64,000 bases of DNA, from positions 70,530-134,529 of the forward strand of contig JAFTKO010000012.1 in assembly GCA_017453205.1 (NCBI GenBank). The letters are read 5' to 3'. A model generated the notes under the pieces. It saw nothing but the letters and a program-made list of their open reading frames with translations. It had not been told where the DNA came from and searched no databases. Positions within the stretch are counted from its first letter, which is position 1, and each line of letters opens with the position of its first letter. The position numbers and the translations under genes are program-made. This DNA is from Clostridia bacterium. GTDB taxonomy: Bacteria > Bacillota > Clostridia > Oscillospirales > CAG-272. Below are positions 36,707-46,502 of this stretch, piece after piece.

Positions 36707-36728
36707 CTTATGACAAGGAGTGTCAAAT

Positions 36729-39700
36729 ATGCAAACTGCAAGTATGTATCGCAAAGTCAAATCCTATTTGATGTTTTTGGAAAAGAAAGCACGCAAGCCG
36801 CTGGGCGCGATCGAAGAGATCGGAATTTTGCCTTGCGACTATAAGACCTCTAATGAACTGCCGCCGGCGTCGGCATTTGTTCCTTACGAAAAGGAGAGCC
36901 TTTGGGGAAACGGTATCGACACCCACGCGTGGTTTCGCCTTCAAACTCCCGCGCACAACGATCTTGGAGAGAAAAAACTGATCCTAAAGATCTACACCGA
37001 TCGCAACGGATGGGATCCCGCCAATCCGCAGTTCCTCGCGTATGTGGACGGGGAGATGCGCCAAGGCTTGGACACCAATCACAAGGAACTGTTCTTGGAT
37101 GCCGAGAGAGCGCATGAGATCTATCTGTATGCCAACACGGGTGCCCGCGTGGAGCAAGCGCGTTTTTACGCCGAGTTGTTTGCGTTTGATGCCCGTGTCG
37201 AAAAGCTGTGGTACGACATCAAGGTGCCGTTTGACAGCCTTTCCTACTTAGAGGAGTACAGCAACGAGTATCAAAACATTTTAGCCCATCTTGACCGCGC
37301 GCTTGATCGGTTGGAGATGCTCGAATACGAGGTCGAAACCGATGCCTTTTTCCGTTCGATCGAGGATGCGGGTAGGTACATGGATGAAGTCTTTTACGGC
37401 GAGTTTTGCGGTCAGCGCGAGGACGCGCCCAAAACGGTTTGTATCGGACACACCCACATCGATTGCGCTTGGCTTTGGACGCTGAAGCAAACGCGTGAAA
37501 AGGTACAGCGCTCTTTTTCCACGGTGGTCGATCTGATGGAACGCTATCCCGAATACCGTTTTATGTCCTCGCAAGCGCTCTTGTATAAATACCTCAAGGA
37601 GGAGGCACCTGCACTTTACGAAAAGGTGAAGGAACTGATCCGCATAGGCAAATGGGAATGCGAGGGAGCAATGTGGGTGGAAGCAGATTGCAACCTTTCC
37701 TCGGGGGAAAGCCTTGTTCGCCAAGTGTTGTACGGCAAGCGCTTTTTCAAACAGGAGTTTGGTGTAGAGAACCGTGTGCTGTGGCTTCCCGACGTGTTTG
37801 GCTACTCGGCGGCGCTCCCGCAAATTTTGCGCAAGAGCGGCGTGGATTGGTTCGTTACCTCCAAGATCAGCTGGAACGACTGCAACCAAATGCCGTACGA
37901 TACCTTTGATTGGCAAGGCATTGACGGCACACGTATTCACAGCTATTTTTTGACGGCACAGAACAAGGAGCGCGGTAAAGAGCCCCAAAGGGGAACGACC
38001 TACGTTGGACTTACTACGCCCGCCATGGTCGCGGGGACCTTTGACCGCTATCAACAAAAGTCGCTCAACAACGAGGCGCTTTTGACCTTTGGATTTGGTG
38101 ACGGCGGGGGCGGGCCGACCGCGGAGCATTTGGAAATGGCGCGCCGCCTTTCCCACGGTATCCCGGGCACGCCAAAAACCGAAATCGATTTTGCGGGAAA
38201 TTTCCTTTCCCGGCTGGAAAAGAAGTTCGAAAACGATTCCCATCTCCCGGTTTGGCGCGGCGAGCTCTACCTCGAATATCACCGTGGTACCTATACGTCG
38301 ATCAGTAAAAATAAAAAGAACAATCGCCGCAGTGAGTTTTTGTATCAGGATGCCGAGTGGCTTTCGACGGTGGCAAAGCTACTTTGCGGAAGTCCGTTCC
38401 CAAAAGTCGAGCTACACCGCGGCTGGGAGATGTTGCTTACCAACCAGTTTCACGACATTATTCCGGGATCGTCCATCGGTGCTGTCTATGATCAGTGCGA
38501 CATTGACTACGGCGTGATCCGCGAGATCGGCGAGCGCGCATGGAACGATGCAAAAAAGACGATCGCAAGCGGAATTTCCAAGGAGCGCGGCTACGTGGTG
38601 TTCAATCCGAATGCGACAGAGGGGAACGGTGTGGTTGAGATAGACGGTGTTTTTGCCTATGTGGAGGGCATTCCCGCCAAGGGCTATGCCTGCGTCAAGA
38701 CACCCAAAACCAATCATTCGATCATCGTGGGTGAAAAAACGTTGGAGAACAAGTTCTATCGCTTGACGTTTGATGACGATATGCTCCTTTCCTCAATCTA
38801 TGACAAGCGTGCCGACAGGGAGGTCCTGCAAGCGGGCAAGCGTGGCAACGAGCTGCGTGTATACGCCGATTATCCCGACATTTACGGCGCATGGGAATGG
38901 ACTGAGTTTTCGCTGGAAAGCGGATACCGTGTGTTGACCGACGTGCAAAGCTGTACACCTGTACAGGATGGCGTGCGTGCGGGCTTCCGTATTGCGCGCC
39001 GCCACGTGGAGTCGACGGTGATACAAACGGTGTGGCTTTACGATGACATGGAGCGGATCGACTTTGACACCGATGTGGATTGGAAGCAACAGCATCAAAT
39101 GCTCAAGGCGGCGTTTCCCGTGGACATCAACTCCGAGCGTGCTACCTTTGAGATCCAGTATGGCAGTATCGAGCGTCCCACGCACAAAAACACCTCTTGG
39201 GATGCGATGAAATTTGAGACCTGCGGTCATAAATTTGCCGATCTTTCGGAGGGCAATTATGGCGTCAGCCTGCTCAATGACTGCAAGTACGGTCACGATA
39301 TCCACGATGGGGAAATGGTGCTCTCGCTCATGCGCTCGCCCACCTATCCGTATCCCGAAGCCGACAAGGGCAGAATGACCTGTGTCTATTCGCTGGTTCC
39401 GCACTGCGGTGCACTTGATCTGCCGAAGATCTCCGCTATGGCGTATGCACTCAACAACCCGATGCAGGCGGTGCCCGCAAGCGGTACGGACACGGTGCTC
39501 CCCGAGAGCTTCTTTGTTGTCAAGAGCGACAAGGCGAATATCATTTGTGAGGTCGTCAAGGAGACGGAGGACGGCGAGGACACGATCTTGCGGTTGTATG
39601 AAAACAGCAACTCCAAAACCCGTGCAAATCTGACGTTGGGGTTTGATGTGGTAAGCGTGATGCTTTGCGACATGATGGAGAATGAGCTCCAAACGCTCCA

Positions 39701-39773
39701 AATCAAGGACAATACCGTAGCGCTCGAGTTTGGTGCATTTGAGATACATACATTAAAGGTAAAAGCAAAATAA
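36729..39773 (+). CDS. alpha-mannosidase, glycoside hydrolase family 38
   Basis: ATG 36729 (AAGGAG SD). CIGHTHIDCAWLW, WLPDVFGYS, EYHRGTYTS are GH38 blocks. About 1014 aa. Confidence 0.9.
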   Translation: MQTASMYRKVKSYLMFLEKKARKPLGAIEEIGILPCDYKTSNELPPASAFVPYEKESLWGNGIDTHAWFRLQTPAHNDLGEKKLILKIYTDRNGWDPANPQFLAYVDGEMRQGLDTNHKELFLDAERAHEIYLYANTGARVEQARFYAELFAFDARVEKLWYDIKVPFDSLSYLEEYSNEYQNILAHLDRALDRLEMLEYEVETDAFFRSIEDAGRYMDEVFYGEFCGQREDAPKTVCIGHTHIDCAWLWTLKQTREKVQRSFSTVVDLMERYPEYRFMSSQALLYKYLKEEAPALYEKVKELIRIGKWECEGAMWVEADCNLSSGESLVRQVLYGKRFFKQEFGVENRVLWLPDVFGYSAALPQILRKSGVDWFVTSKISWNDCNQMPYDTFDWQGIDGTRIHSYFLTAQNKERGKEPQRGTTYVGLTTPAMVAGTFDRYQQKSLNNEALLTFGFGDGGGGPTAEHLEMARRLSHGIPGTPKTEIDFAGNFLSRLEKKFENDSHLPVWRGELYLEYHRGTYTSISKNKKNNRRSEFLYQDAEWLSTVAKLLCGSPFPKVELHRGWEMLLTNQFHDIIPGSSIGAVYDQCDIDYGVIREIGERAWNDAKKTIASGISKERGYVVFNPNATEGNGVVEIDGVFAYVEGIPAKGYACVKTPKTNHSIIVGEKTLENKFYRLTFDDDMLLSSIYDKRADREVLQAGKRGNELRVYADYPDIYGAWEWTEFSLESGYRVLTDVQSCTPVQDGVRAGFRIARRHVESTVIQTVWLYDDMERIDFDTDVDWKQQHQMLKAAFPVDINSERATFEIQYGSIERPTHKNTSWDAMKFETCGHKFADLSEGNYGVSLLNDCKYGHDIHDGEMVLSLMRSPTYPYPEADKGRMTCVYSLVPHCGALDLPKISAMAYALNNPMQAVPASGTDTVLPESFFVVKSDKANIICEVVKETEDGEDTILRLYENSNSKTRANLTLGFDVVSVMLCDMMENELQTLQIKDNTVALEFGAFEIHTLKVKAK

Positions 39774-39775
39774 AT

Positions 39776-39821
39776 AAACAAACGGTGGAAAATTCTCTCG
39801 GGAATTTCCCACCGTTTGTTT
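39776..39821. terminator. bidirectional terminator between GH38 and cls
   Basis: 20-nt arms AAACAAACGGTGGAAAATTC / GAATTTCCCACCGTTTGTTT (one mismatch), followed by GCTTTTTT. Confidence 0.75.
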
Positions 39822-39830
39822 GCTTTTTTA

Positions 39831-41375
39831 TTACATTAAGGGCGCAAAAATACGGCAAATGCTTTGAAAAAATCGAACGAGGATATTGACCTTGCAGTCC
39901 TTTTCGGTGATCTCGGTACAGACCCCCAGTGTCTCCAAAAAGTCTTTTTTAATGTCCTCGATCGAGCTTGTTCGATACAAACAGGTTCCGCACTCAAAAT
40001 GCAAATACAGACTGCGAAAATCCAAATTCACCGTTCCCACTGTCGCTACCGTGTCATCGGCAAGAAAGGTCTTGGCGTGGATAAAACCGTTGGTGTATTC
40101 ATAGATCTTCACGCCCGCCTTGATCAGCGAGCGGTAATACGACCGTGTGGTGAAATGCACTGCCTTTTTGTCGGGGCGGTGCGGGGTGATGATGCGGACA
40201 TCCACGCCGCATTTCGCGCTTGCTTTGAGCGCGGAGATCATTCCGTCATCTACCATCAGATAGGGCGTTGTGATATACAGGTAGCTCTGTGCTTGCTCGA
40301 TGATGCGTAGATAAACATGCTCCGCTACGTTTTCTTTGTCCATCGGACTGTCGGAGTAGGGCTGTACCCAACCGTCAGCGTTTTGTACGGTGGGTTCGTC
40401 GGGGGCGGGGAGGTAGCTTTCGTAGTTCTCGCCCTTGCGTGTCAAAAAGCTCCATGTCTGCAAAAAAATGACCGTAAAGCTCCACGCACCGTCGCCGGCA
40501 AGTCGCACGGCGTTGTCCTTCCACTTACCGTATTTGATCTTTTGCCCGATATATTCGTCGGCAAGATTGATGCCGCCCGTATAGGCGACACGCCCGTCGA
40601 CGACGGCAATTTTTCGGTGGTCACGGTTGTTTTGAATACTGGTGAGGAACGGATGAAAGGGGTTAAATTTTTGACACTTAATACCGGAGGCACATAATTT
40701 CTTTGCGTAGTCCGGCGGGAGTGTGGGGAAACAGCCGAGGTCATCGTAAATGATACGCACATCCACGCCTGCACGGACACGTTCGGAAAGCACCTCCAAA
40801 ATCGACTCCCACATCACACCGTCCGCAATGATGAAATACTCGAGAAAAATATAATGTTTTGCATTTTTGAGATCTGTAAGCATCGCTTCCAACATCTTTT
40901 CCCCGCAGGGAAAGTAAGTGGTGGCGGTGTTACGGCAGATGGGAAAGGGCGTGTTATTTTTGAGATAATGCAATTGCTTTCGTGCGGCGGGGAGCTTTTG
41001 CATGGCATCCGAAAAGGCTTCTTCGTCCTGTCGGAAAGCATGCGCGGCGTTTTTTTCGATCTTGGCTAACCCCGAGCGAAAACCGACCGAGGTGGTTTGC
41101 GAATGGAAGATCCAATAAAGCGCGCCTCCGAACACGGGAAACAGCAGGATGAGAAAGATGAGTGATAGCTTGAACGCGCTTTTGTCGGGACGCATCAAAA
41201 GGTGCAACGCGGTGATGACGCTGAACAGTGTCAGGAGGCTTTCCAACCATTTGAGCCGCAGTGAGCGGACCAACAGCAATGCGATAAATCCAAGCTGTGC
41301 GAGGATCAAGATTACGATGATGAGCCGTCGGTTAAACAGCTTACGCACGGCGACAAGCGGTTTCGGTTTTGACAT
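39831..41375 (-). CDS. cls: cardiolipin synthase
   Basis: Two N-terminal TM segments and two HKD motifs (HRKIAVVDG..., HAKTFLADD). Confidence 0.9.
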   Translation of the reverse strand: MSKPKPLVAVRKLFNRRLIIVILILAQLGFIALLLVRSLRLKWLESLLTLFSVITALHLLMRPDKSAFKLSLIFLILLFPVFGGALYWIFHSQTTSVGFRSGLAKIEKNAAHAFRQDEEAFSDAMQKLPAARKQLHYLKNNTPFPICRNTATTYFPCGEKMLEAMLTDLKNAKHYIFLEYFIIADGVMWESILEVLSERVRAGVDVRIIYDDLGCFPTLPPDYAKKLCASGIKCQKFNPFHPFLTSIQNNRDHRKIAVVDGRVAYTGGINLADEYIGQKIKYGKWKDNAVRLAGDGAWSFTVIFLQTWSFLTRKGENYESYLPAPDEPTVQNADGWVQPYSDSPMDKENVAEHVYLRIIEQAQSYLYITTPYLMVDDGMISALKASAKCGVDVRIITPHRPDKKAVHFTTRSYYRSLIKAGVKIYEYTNGFIHAKTFLADDTVATVGTVNLDFRSLYLHFECGTCLYRTSSIEDIKKDFLETLGVCTEITEKDCKVNILVRFFQSICRIFAPLM

Positions 41376-41410
41376 GGAAAGCCTCCTTTCATTTTTATTT
41401 TTGGTAGAAA

Positions 41411-44086
41411 TTATTTATCGTGGTGATGCTTGATCAAGCCGATGGCTTTTGCGACCTCCATGACGACAAGGGGAACAAGGAAGAGACCGACGGCGATGGC
41501 ATAAAGGTGTGCGGGGAGCAGGATCAGACCGAACGCTGTGTTGATACCGGGGACAAAGAGCACGACGGCGGTCAAAACCACAACAGCAATGGTTGCAAGG
41601 TTCATGGTCTTGTTGGTAAAGGGACCGACCTTGAAGAGCGAACGGTCGGAGCGCATATTGAACGCCTGTACGATCTGCGAGAACGCCAAAACGATGAACG
41701 CCATGGTCTCACCGCATTGAAGCGCATATGCATTTTCTTCAAGAGCAAGCGCACCATTCATCAAATCGGAGAGGGGGAGTCCTGTTCCGAGCCAAAATGC
41801 GAGCAACGTCAAGCCTCCGAACATACAGCCTTGCAGGAAAGTGCGGATACCGAAGCCGTTTGCAAAGATGCCCTCGTTTTTGGGCTTGGGCTTGCGGTTC
41901 ATGATATCTTTGTCAACGGCCTCCATGCCGAGCGCGATCGCGGGCAGAGAGTCGGTGACCAGATTGATCCACAGCAGTTGCATGGAGAGCAGAGGGGATT
42001 GATGCCACAAAAGCATGGCAACGAACACGGTGATGACCTCGCCGATGTTGGTGCCGAGGAGGTAACCGACCACTTTTTTGATATTGGCGTAAATGCCGCG
42101 ACCCTCGCGCACGGCGTCAACAATGGTAGCAAAGTTGTCATCGGTCAAGGTCATGTCTGCAGCACCCTTTGCCACGTCGGTTCCTGTAATACCCATGGCA
42201 CAGCCGATATCGGCGGCTTTGAGGGCGGGGGCATCGTTAACGCCGTCACCCGTCATCGAAACGACTTGATTTTTTCGTTGCCAAGCCTTCACGATGCGGA
42301 TCTTGTTTTCGGGAGAAACACGCGCGTAGACCGAGATCTGCTCGACCTTTGCATCAAGCTCGGAGTCATTCATCGCGTCAAGCTCGGCACCTGTCACAGC
42401 GAGGTCGCCGTCAACGAGAATACCCAATTCACGTGCAATCGCGGAGGCGGTAACCACATGGTCTCCCGTGATCATGACGGGCTTAATGCCGGCGTGACGG
42501 CAGATCGCAACAGCATCCTTGGCTTCGGGACGCGGGGGATCGATCATGGCGACCAGTCCCGCAAAGGTCAAGCCGCATTCGAGTGTTTCGGAGGAGATAT
42601 CGGCGGGCAGCTCGTCAATGTATTTGTAACCGACTGCCAATACGCGCAACGCGTCGGCACTCATTTTGTCGGTCATGCGTCTCGCGGCGTCGATGTCCCC
42701 CGCCACACAACGCTCCGCCATCATGTCAAAGGCACCCTTTGTGATAACGGTGAGTCTGCCGTTCATACGGTTGACGGTGGTCATCAGCTTTCGGTCGGAG
42801 TCAAAGGGGAGCTCTGCTACGCGCGGGAACTCTGCATTCAGCGCATCCTTTGGCATACCGCTCTTGTGCGCGGCAAGTACGAGTGCGGTCTCGGTGGGGT
42901 CACCGATGTGCTGTTCTCTGTCACCGTCAAACAGCACCGAGCCGTCACAGCAGAGGGAAGAGAGACGGAGCAGTTCGCGCGTTTTCTCGCTGATTGCTTC
43001 TCCGGCTTGAAAAGTTTCGCTGTCGGTGTTGCCGTCACAATAGGTGCGGACCAGTGTCATGCGGTTCTGCGTCAGTGTGCCGGTTTTATCCGAGCAAATG
43101 ACCGACGCACTTCCCAAGGTTTCCACGGCGGGCAGACGGCGAATGATGGCGTTTTTGCTGACCATGCGCTGTACACCGATCGAAAGTACAACGGTGACGA
43201 TGGCGGGAAGCCCCTCGGGGATTGCGGAAACGGCAAGCGAGACCGCAGTCATAAAGATTTCAAGCGGCGGGATATCATTGATCAGACCGATCACAAAGAT
43301 GATCGCGCAAGCGGCAAGCGCCACGACACCGAGGATCTGTCCGAGCTTGGCGAGCTTTTCCTGCAAGGGCGTTTTGGTTTCCCCCGCGCTTTCCAACAGG
43401 TTTGCGATCTTACCCATCTCGGTGTTCATACCCGTGTCGGTTACCACGGCAAGCGCGGTTCCGTAGGTCACACTGCAACCCGAAAAGATCATGGTCGAGC
43501 GGTCACCCAAGGGGGCATCCTCTTTGACGGTTGCATTCGCGTCCTTTTCACTGGGAACCGATTCGCCCGTCAGCGCAGATTCCTCACATTTGAGGCTGAC
43601 CGATTTGATCAGACGCGCATCGGCGGGAATGCTGTCGCCGGCTTCCAGGCGAATGATGTCACCGGGGACAAGCTCGCTTGCCTCAATGATCTGCTCTTGC
43701 CCATCACGGATGACACGTGTGTGCGGAGCCGAAAGGCTTTGCAGGGCCTCCAAGGCGTGTTCTGCTTTGCTTTCCTGCACCACGCCCATGATGGCATTGA
43801 GAATGACGATCAAAAGAATGAGTGCGGGCTCAAAAAATTCCTTTGGATTTCTTTCTACACACGCGATCACGAACGAAATGACCGCCGCGGCGATCAAGAT
43901 CAAGATCATCACGTCCTTAAACTGTTCAATGAAGCGTTGTAGGTTGGTCTTCTTTTTCTTTTCCTTGAGCTTGTTGGGACCGTACTGCTCACGGCGTTTT
44001 TCAACCTCCGCGGCGGAGAGTCCCGAAGTTTGGTTGGTGTTGAGCTCCGAAAGAATATCTTCCGGAATTCTGTGGTGGTAAAGCAC
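41411..44086 (-). CDS. calcium-translocating P-type ATPase (SERCA/PMR1-like)
   Basis: GTG start with AAGGAGG SD. GLSAAEVEKRREQYGPNKL, CSDKTGTLTQNRM, MITGDH, GDGVNDAPALK. 891 aa. Confidence 0.92.
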   Translation of the reverse strand: MLYHHRIPEDILSELNTNQTSGLSAAEVEKRREQYGPNKLKEKKKKTNLQRFIEQFKDVMILILIAAAVISFVIACVERNPKEFFEPALILLIVILNAIMGVVQESKAEHALEALQSLSAPHTRVIRDGQEQIIEASELVPGDIIRLEAGDSIPADARLIKSVSLKCEESALTGESVPSEKDANATVKEDAPLGDRSTMIFSGCSVTYGTALAVVTDTGMNTEMGKIANLLESAGETKTPLQEKLAKLGQILGVVALAACAIIFVIGLINDIPPLEIFMTAVSLAVSAIPEGLPAIVTVVLSIGVQRMVSKNAIIRRLPAVETLGSASVICSDKTGTLTQNRMTLVRTYCDGNTDSETFQAGEAISEKTRELLRLSSLCCDGSVLFDGDREQHIGDPTETALVLAAHKSGMPKDALNAEFPRVAELPFDSDRKLMTTVNRMNGRLTVITKGAFDMMAERCVAGDIDAARRMTDKMSADALRVLAVGYKYIDELPADISSETLECGLTFAGLVAMIDPPRPEAKDAVAICRHAGIKPVMITGDHVVTASAIARELGILVDGDLAVTGAELDAMNDSELDAKVEQISVYARVSPENKIRIVKAWQRKNQVVSMTGDGVNDAPALKAADIGCAMGITGTDVAKGAADMTLTDDNFATIVDAVREGRGIYANIKKVVGYLLGTNIGEVITVFVAMLLWHQSPLLSMQLLWINLVTDSLPAIALGMEAVDKDIMNRKPKPKNEGIFANGFGIRTFLQGCMFGGLTLLAFWLGTGLPLSDLMNGALALEENAYALQCGETMAFIVLAFSQIVQAFNMRSDRSLFKVGPFTNKTMNLATIAVVVLTAVVLFVPGINTAFGLILLPAHLYAIAVGLFLVPLVVMEVAKAIGLIKHHHDK

Positions 44087-44119
44087 TTTGTCAAATCCTC
44101 CTTTAATTTAGTTTAAAGA

Positions 44120-44148
44120 ATTATACCACACAATCATGTGATTGTCAA
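44120..44148 (-). promoter_or_regulatory. promoter of the SERCA-like ATPase gene with a palindrome in the spacer
   Basis: Reverse strand TTGACA-17-TATAAT (TGTCAA at 44143-44148, ATTATA at 44120-44125). ACAATCA-ca-TGATTGT palindrome at 44130-44145. Confidence 0.55.
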
Positions 44149-44433
44149 GAGTATTCAAAAAATATTTAAAAATTTTAAATAGGAGGAACAAGGGAGCCCG
44201 AAAATCATTATTGCCGTTTTTTATAAAAATTAGCGATGTTTTTTATAAAAAGGGAGCTGTCGGCGTCTTTTTTTGAGAGGCAATATAAAATATTAAGGTG
44301 GAATTTTTTTTGACAGAAATTTGTATTTTGAAAAGCTGCTCCGCGTTTTTGTCGGAAAACGCCATAAAGATGGTCGAAAATCCTTTTGATTTTGTGAGCA
44401 TGATAGAATTTTAATTTTTGGGTAAAGTTTTTC

Positions 44434-44462
44434 TTGACTGGAGGCGTTTTTTGTATTATAAT
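44434..44462 (+). promoter_or_regulatory. promoter of the ilv-leu operon leader
   Basis: TTGACT (44434-44439)-17 nt-TATAAT (44457-44462). Confidence 0.65.
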
Positions 44463-44469
44463 AATACCA

Positions 44470-44760
44470 AATTATAAAAATAGGCTGTGACAGGAACAAA
44501 GTTCGGTCGGATATTACAGAGAGTTGTCGGTCGCTGCGAGACAATATACGAGACGGAATATAACTCATCCTTGAGCTTCCAATCCAAAGGCGTAAGCTGA
44601 GTAGAATTGGACGGGTTCTCCCGTTATTGAGAAGCCATATTGTTAGATGTGGCATAAGTGGGTGGAGTCACCAAGCAGAGTGGTACCGCGGAGAGCATAA
44701 ATCTTCGTCTCTTTTATGCAAAAGTATGATACTGTTGCGTAAAAGGGGCTTTTTGTTTTT
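44470..44760 (+). promoter_or_regulatory. T-box riboswitch leader, leucine specifier (CUC)
   Basis: Stem I AGAGAG...GCTGCGAG elements (44518-44540). Specifier-loop candidate AACTCA with CTC at 44564-44566. T-box sequence AGAGTGGTACCGCGG at 44677-44691. Terminator stem 44709-44747 followed by GCTTTTTGTTTTT. Confidence 0.85.
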
Positions 44761-44816
44761 AAACTCACTTTTCACGCAGCCAACCCCAATTACGAAAGGA
44801 GTCATGGTTACAGAAA

Positions 44817-46478
44817 ATGAAGACTTACAACAAGTACACCCGGCAGTATTTTGTGCCGGAGGGTGATAATATGGATTGGATCCGCAAGGATCATATCGAA
44901 AAGGCACCTATTTGGTGCAGCGTCGACCTACGCGACGGCAACCAAGCGCTGGTCATTCCGATGAGTTTGGAGGAAAAGCTTGATTTTTTCAAGCATCTAT
45001 GCAAGCTGGGCTTTCGGGAGATCGAAATCGGTTTTCCCGCCGCCTCCGAGACCGAATATCAGTTTTGCCGTACCTTGATCGAGCAAAATCTGATCCCCGA
45101 CGATGTCACCATTCAAGTGCTGACGCAGTCGAGAGAGCATATCATCGCCAAGACCTTTGAGGCGATCGACGGCGCCAAAAACGCGATCGTACATCTTTAT
45201 AATTCCACTTCGGTGGCACAAAGAGAACAGGTTTTCCGTAAGGAAAAGGCCGAGATCATCGAGATTGCGAAATTCGGTGCCAACCTCTGTAAGCAGTACA
45301 GAGAAAAGGCAAAGGGACGGATTCAGTTTGAGTATTCTCCCGAGAGCTTTACCGGAACCGAGCCCGATTTTGCCGCTGAAATTTGTAACGAAGTTATCAA
45401 AATTTGGGAGCCGACGCCCGACAACAAGGTTATCATCAACCTGCCTGTTACGGTGTCGCACTCCATGCCCCATATTTATGCCGCACAGGTCGAATATATG
45501 TGCAAGCATCTGCACGACCGTCAAAATCTGATCATCTCCCTGCACCCGCACAACGACCGCGGCTGTGCCGTGGCGGACAGTGAGATGGGACTGCTGGCGG
45601 GCGGGGACCGCATTGAGGGGACGTTGTTTGGCAACGGAGAGCGTACGGGTAATGTGGATATCATCACGCTGGCGCTGAATATGTTTGCGCAGGGCGTGGA
45701 TCCCGAGCTTGATTTTTCGGATCTTTCCGAGATCACCGAGGTTTACGAGCGCGTCACCGGAATGCGTGTTTACGAAAGACAGCCTTACAGCGGCAAGCTG
45801 GTATTCGCGGCGTTCAGCGGCTCGCATCAAGATGCCATCGCAAAGGGGATGAAGTGGCGCGAGACGCACGGCGGGGTATGGAACGTTCCCTATCTGCCGA
45901 TCGATCCCACGGACATTGGCAGAGTTTACGAGGCGGACGTCATTCGTATCAACTCGCAGTCGGGCAAGGGCGGTATCGGGTATATTCTCGAAACACAGTA
46001 CAAACACGTTTTGCCGCCTAAGATGCGTGAGGTGTTCGGTTATCATGTCAAAAATATTTCCGACCATGAGCACCGCGAGCTGATGCCGCAAGAGGTCTAC
46101 GACATTTTCGTCCGTGATTTCGTGAATCTGCGCGATCAGTTGGATGTTCCCAAGGTCTCCTACCAAGAGACCGCACGCGGTGTGGAAGCCACTGTTGTGA
46201 TCCGTTACAACGGCACGGAGCAAAGCGTGATCGCCTACGGAAACGGCAGTCTTGACGCGGTGAGCAACGCGATCAAACAGGTCACGGGCAAGGAATACAC
46301 CCTTGAGACCTATACCCAGCACGCATTGGAGGAAAAATCCAGCTCCAAGGCAGCATCTTACGTCAGCATTACCTATCAGTCCCGTACTTATTGGGGCGCG
46401 GGCATCGACAGCGACATTATCGTGTCCTCTGTCAAAGCATTGGTCGGCGCGGTCAACAAGCTGTTGGCAGAGTGCTGA
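44817..46478 (+). CDS. leuA: 2-isopropylmalate synthase (long, LeuA type 2)
   Basis: APIWCSVDLRDGNQAL, HPHNDRG, GERTGN. ATG 44817 is kept because NKY...F matches the N-terminus of actinobacterial long LeuA as I recall it. Alternative ATG 44871 has the better SD (GGAGGG, 7 nt). Confidence 0.9.
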   Translation: MKTYNKYTRQYFVPEGDNMDWIRKDHIEKAPIWCSVDLRDGNQALVIPMSLEEKLDFFKHLCKLGFREIEIGFPAASETEYQFCRTLIEQNLIPDDVTIQVLTQSREHIIAKTFEAIDGAKNAIVHLYNSTSVAQREQVFRKEKAEIIEIAKFGANLCKQYREKAKGRIQFEYSPESFTGTEPDFAAEICNEVIKIWEPTPDNKVIINLPVTVSHSMPHIYAAQVEYMCKHLHDRQNLIISLHPHNDRGCAVADSEMGLLAGGDRIEGTLFGNGERTGNVDIITLALNMFAQGVDPELDFSDLSEITEVYERVTGMRVYERQPYSGKLVFAAFSGSHQDAIAKGMKWRETHGGVWNVPYLPIDPTDIGRVYEADVIRINSQSGKGGIGYILETQYKHVLPPKMREVFGYHVKNISDHEHRELMPQEVYDIFVRDFVNLRDQLDVPKVSYQETARGVEATVVIRYNGTEQSVIAYGNGSLDAVSNAIKQVTGKEYTLETYTQHALEEKSSSKAASYVSITYQSRTYWGAGIDSDIIVSSVKALVGAVNKLLAEC

Positions 46479-46502
46479 TCTTACCGGAAGGAGGTCATTT
46501 TT

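Noticed and set aside
41420-43942. 840-aa forward-strand ORF covering almost the whole SERCA-like ATPase gene
   Set aside because: It is antisense to a gene with unmistakable P-type ATPase motifs. The translation is low-complexity (G/D/H/R-rich) with no recognisable domain, no SD, and a GTG start. This is the typical shadow ORF of a GC-biased codon pattern.
44217-44251. Two copies of TTTTTTATAAAAA, 22 bp centre to centre, between the ATPase promoter and the ilv-leu promoter; also a weak CodY-like ATTTTGAAAA nearby
   Set aside because: Extremely AT-rich low-complexity sequence where such palindromes arise by chance. The CodY-like match lacks the central CWG of AATTTTCWGAAAATT.
44804-44866. 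Possible 20-codon upstream ORF (MVTENEDLQQVHPAVFCAGG) overlapping the leuA start, next to the strongest SD (AAAGGAG 44795-44801)
   Set aside because: The SD-to-ATG spacing is only 2 nt. The T-box already accounts for regulation, and the peptide is not enriched in Leu/Ile/Val as a leader peptide would be. It is kept only as a note on leuA start ambiguity (44817 versus 44871).
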